Assembly (NCBI GenBank): GCA_951406725.2
Contig: OX597815.1
Coordinates: forward strand, 80,538,001 to 80,602,000
Direction: 5' to 3'
Origin: Octopus vulgaris
Taxonomy: Eukaryota
Length of the DNA: 64,000 nt
In this document: one piece after another, positions 63,441 through 64,000 of the stretch
Layout: each line of letters opens with the position of its first letter
How positions within the stretch are numbered: the first letter of the stretch is position 1
Translations under genes and position numbers: made by a program
The notes under the pieces: generated by a model
Told to the model about the DNA's origin: nothing
The model's database searches: none
The model's input: the letters and a program-made list of their open reading frames with translations, nothing else

Positions 63441-64000
63441 GCATAGAATCAAGCGGTTTATTAAACATATGCCAATATAATTAGGTTTGCAGTTAGATCT
63501 CGACAGAGCAGAATTATGTGAAAGTTTTGTATGAATTTGATGTACTCCCTACTTCTATATGTATCACACAACGAGAAAGACTCTACTCACTTGTTCAACA
63601 TTCTATAAAATACAATAAAGTCTTTATCTCCCACATTAGGCACTATTTGTATAATATACAAATATACAAATAGAAGCAATAGTCACGCCATTATTCATAC
63701 CTAGTCCCTCTAAACAAATATTTTCATGTCACATGCACGATGGGAACTGTTCCGGAATAGACTAGAAAGAGTGAAATTCTTTCTGAAACGTACTTTAAAT
63801 GTTTGTCCACAAATGTGACTTGCAGTAAGGAAATAAGAAATAAATAAAAAGATACGCGTACACATGAATAAACCATAATTTAAAATACTACGACACCAAA
63901 TTCATTTCACAGATATTTTAAGATACAACACCATAAAATCGCACATATATTACTGTAAGAACCAAATGCATTCTAGTTTTAGTATGGATGCATACGCCTT

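Overview
AT-rich, microsatellite-dense eukaryotic (animal) non-coding DNA. The SINE families and repeat landscape look like an octopus genome, which is my inference and not a database result. No intact protein-coding gene is recognisable, and almost all ORFs in the supplied track are microsatellite read-through. The window is a transposon graveyard. It holds three Tc1/mariner-superfamily relics with TIRs (two mariner, one DD37D/maT-like), three 3' fragments of R4/Dong-like RLE retrotransposons sitting in (TAA)n tracts, a CR1/L2-group LINE 3' end, a Penelope-like GIY-YIG remnant, several non-coding Penelope-like remnants with minimal hammerhead-ribozyme-like motifs, and at least three tRNA-derived SINE families. 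The most unusual structures are: (1) a 763-bp GG...CC-ended foldback element with an 8-bp TSD that carries ~220 bp of telomere-like TTAGGG repeats between its TIRs (47125-47887); (2) a ~440-bp near-perfect palindrome (58912-59350); (3) an indel-free but highly diverged 40-bp array (52331-52635); (4) a LINE 3' tail shared with a SINE family; (5) a 1.5-kb inverted duplication abutting an assembly gap, probably an artefact. A possible TATA/Inr promoter with small exons near 41.4-41.8 kb is reported at low confidence.
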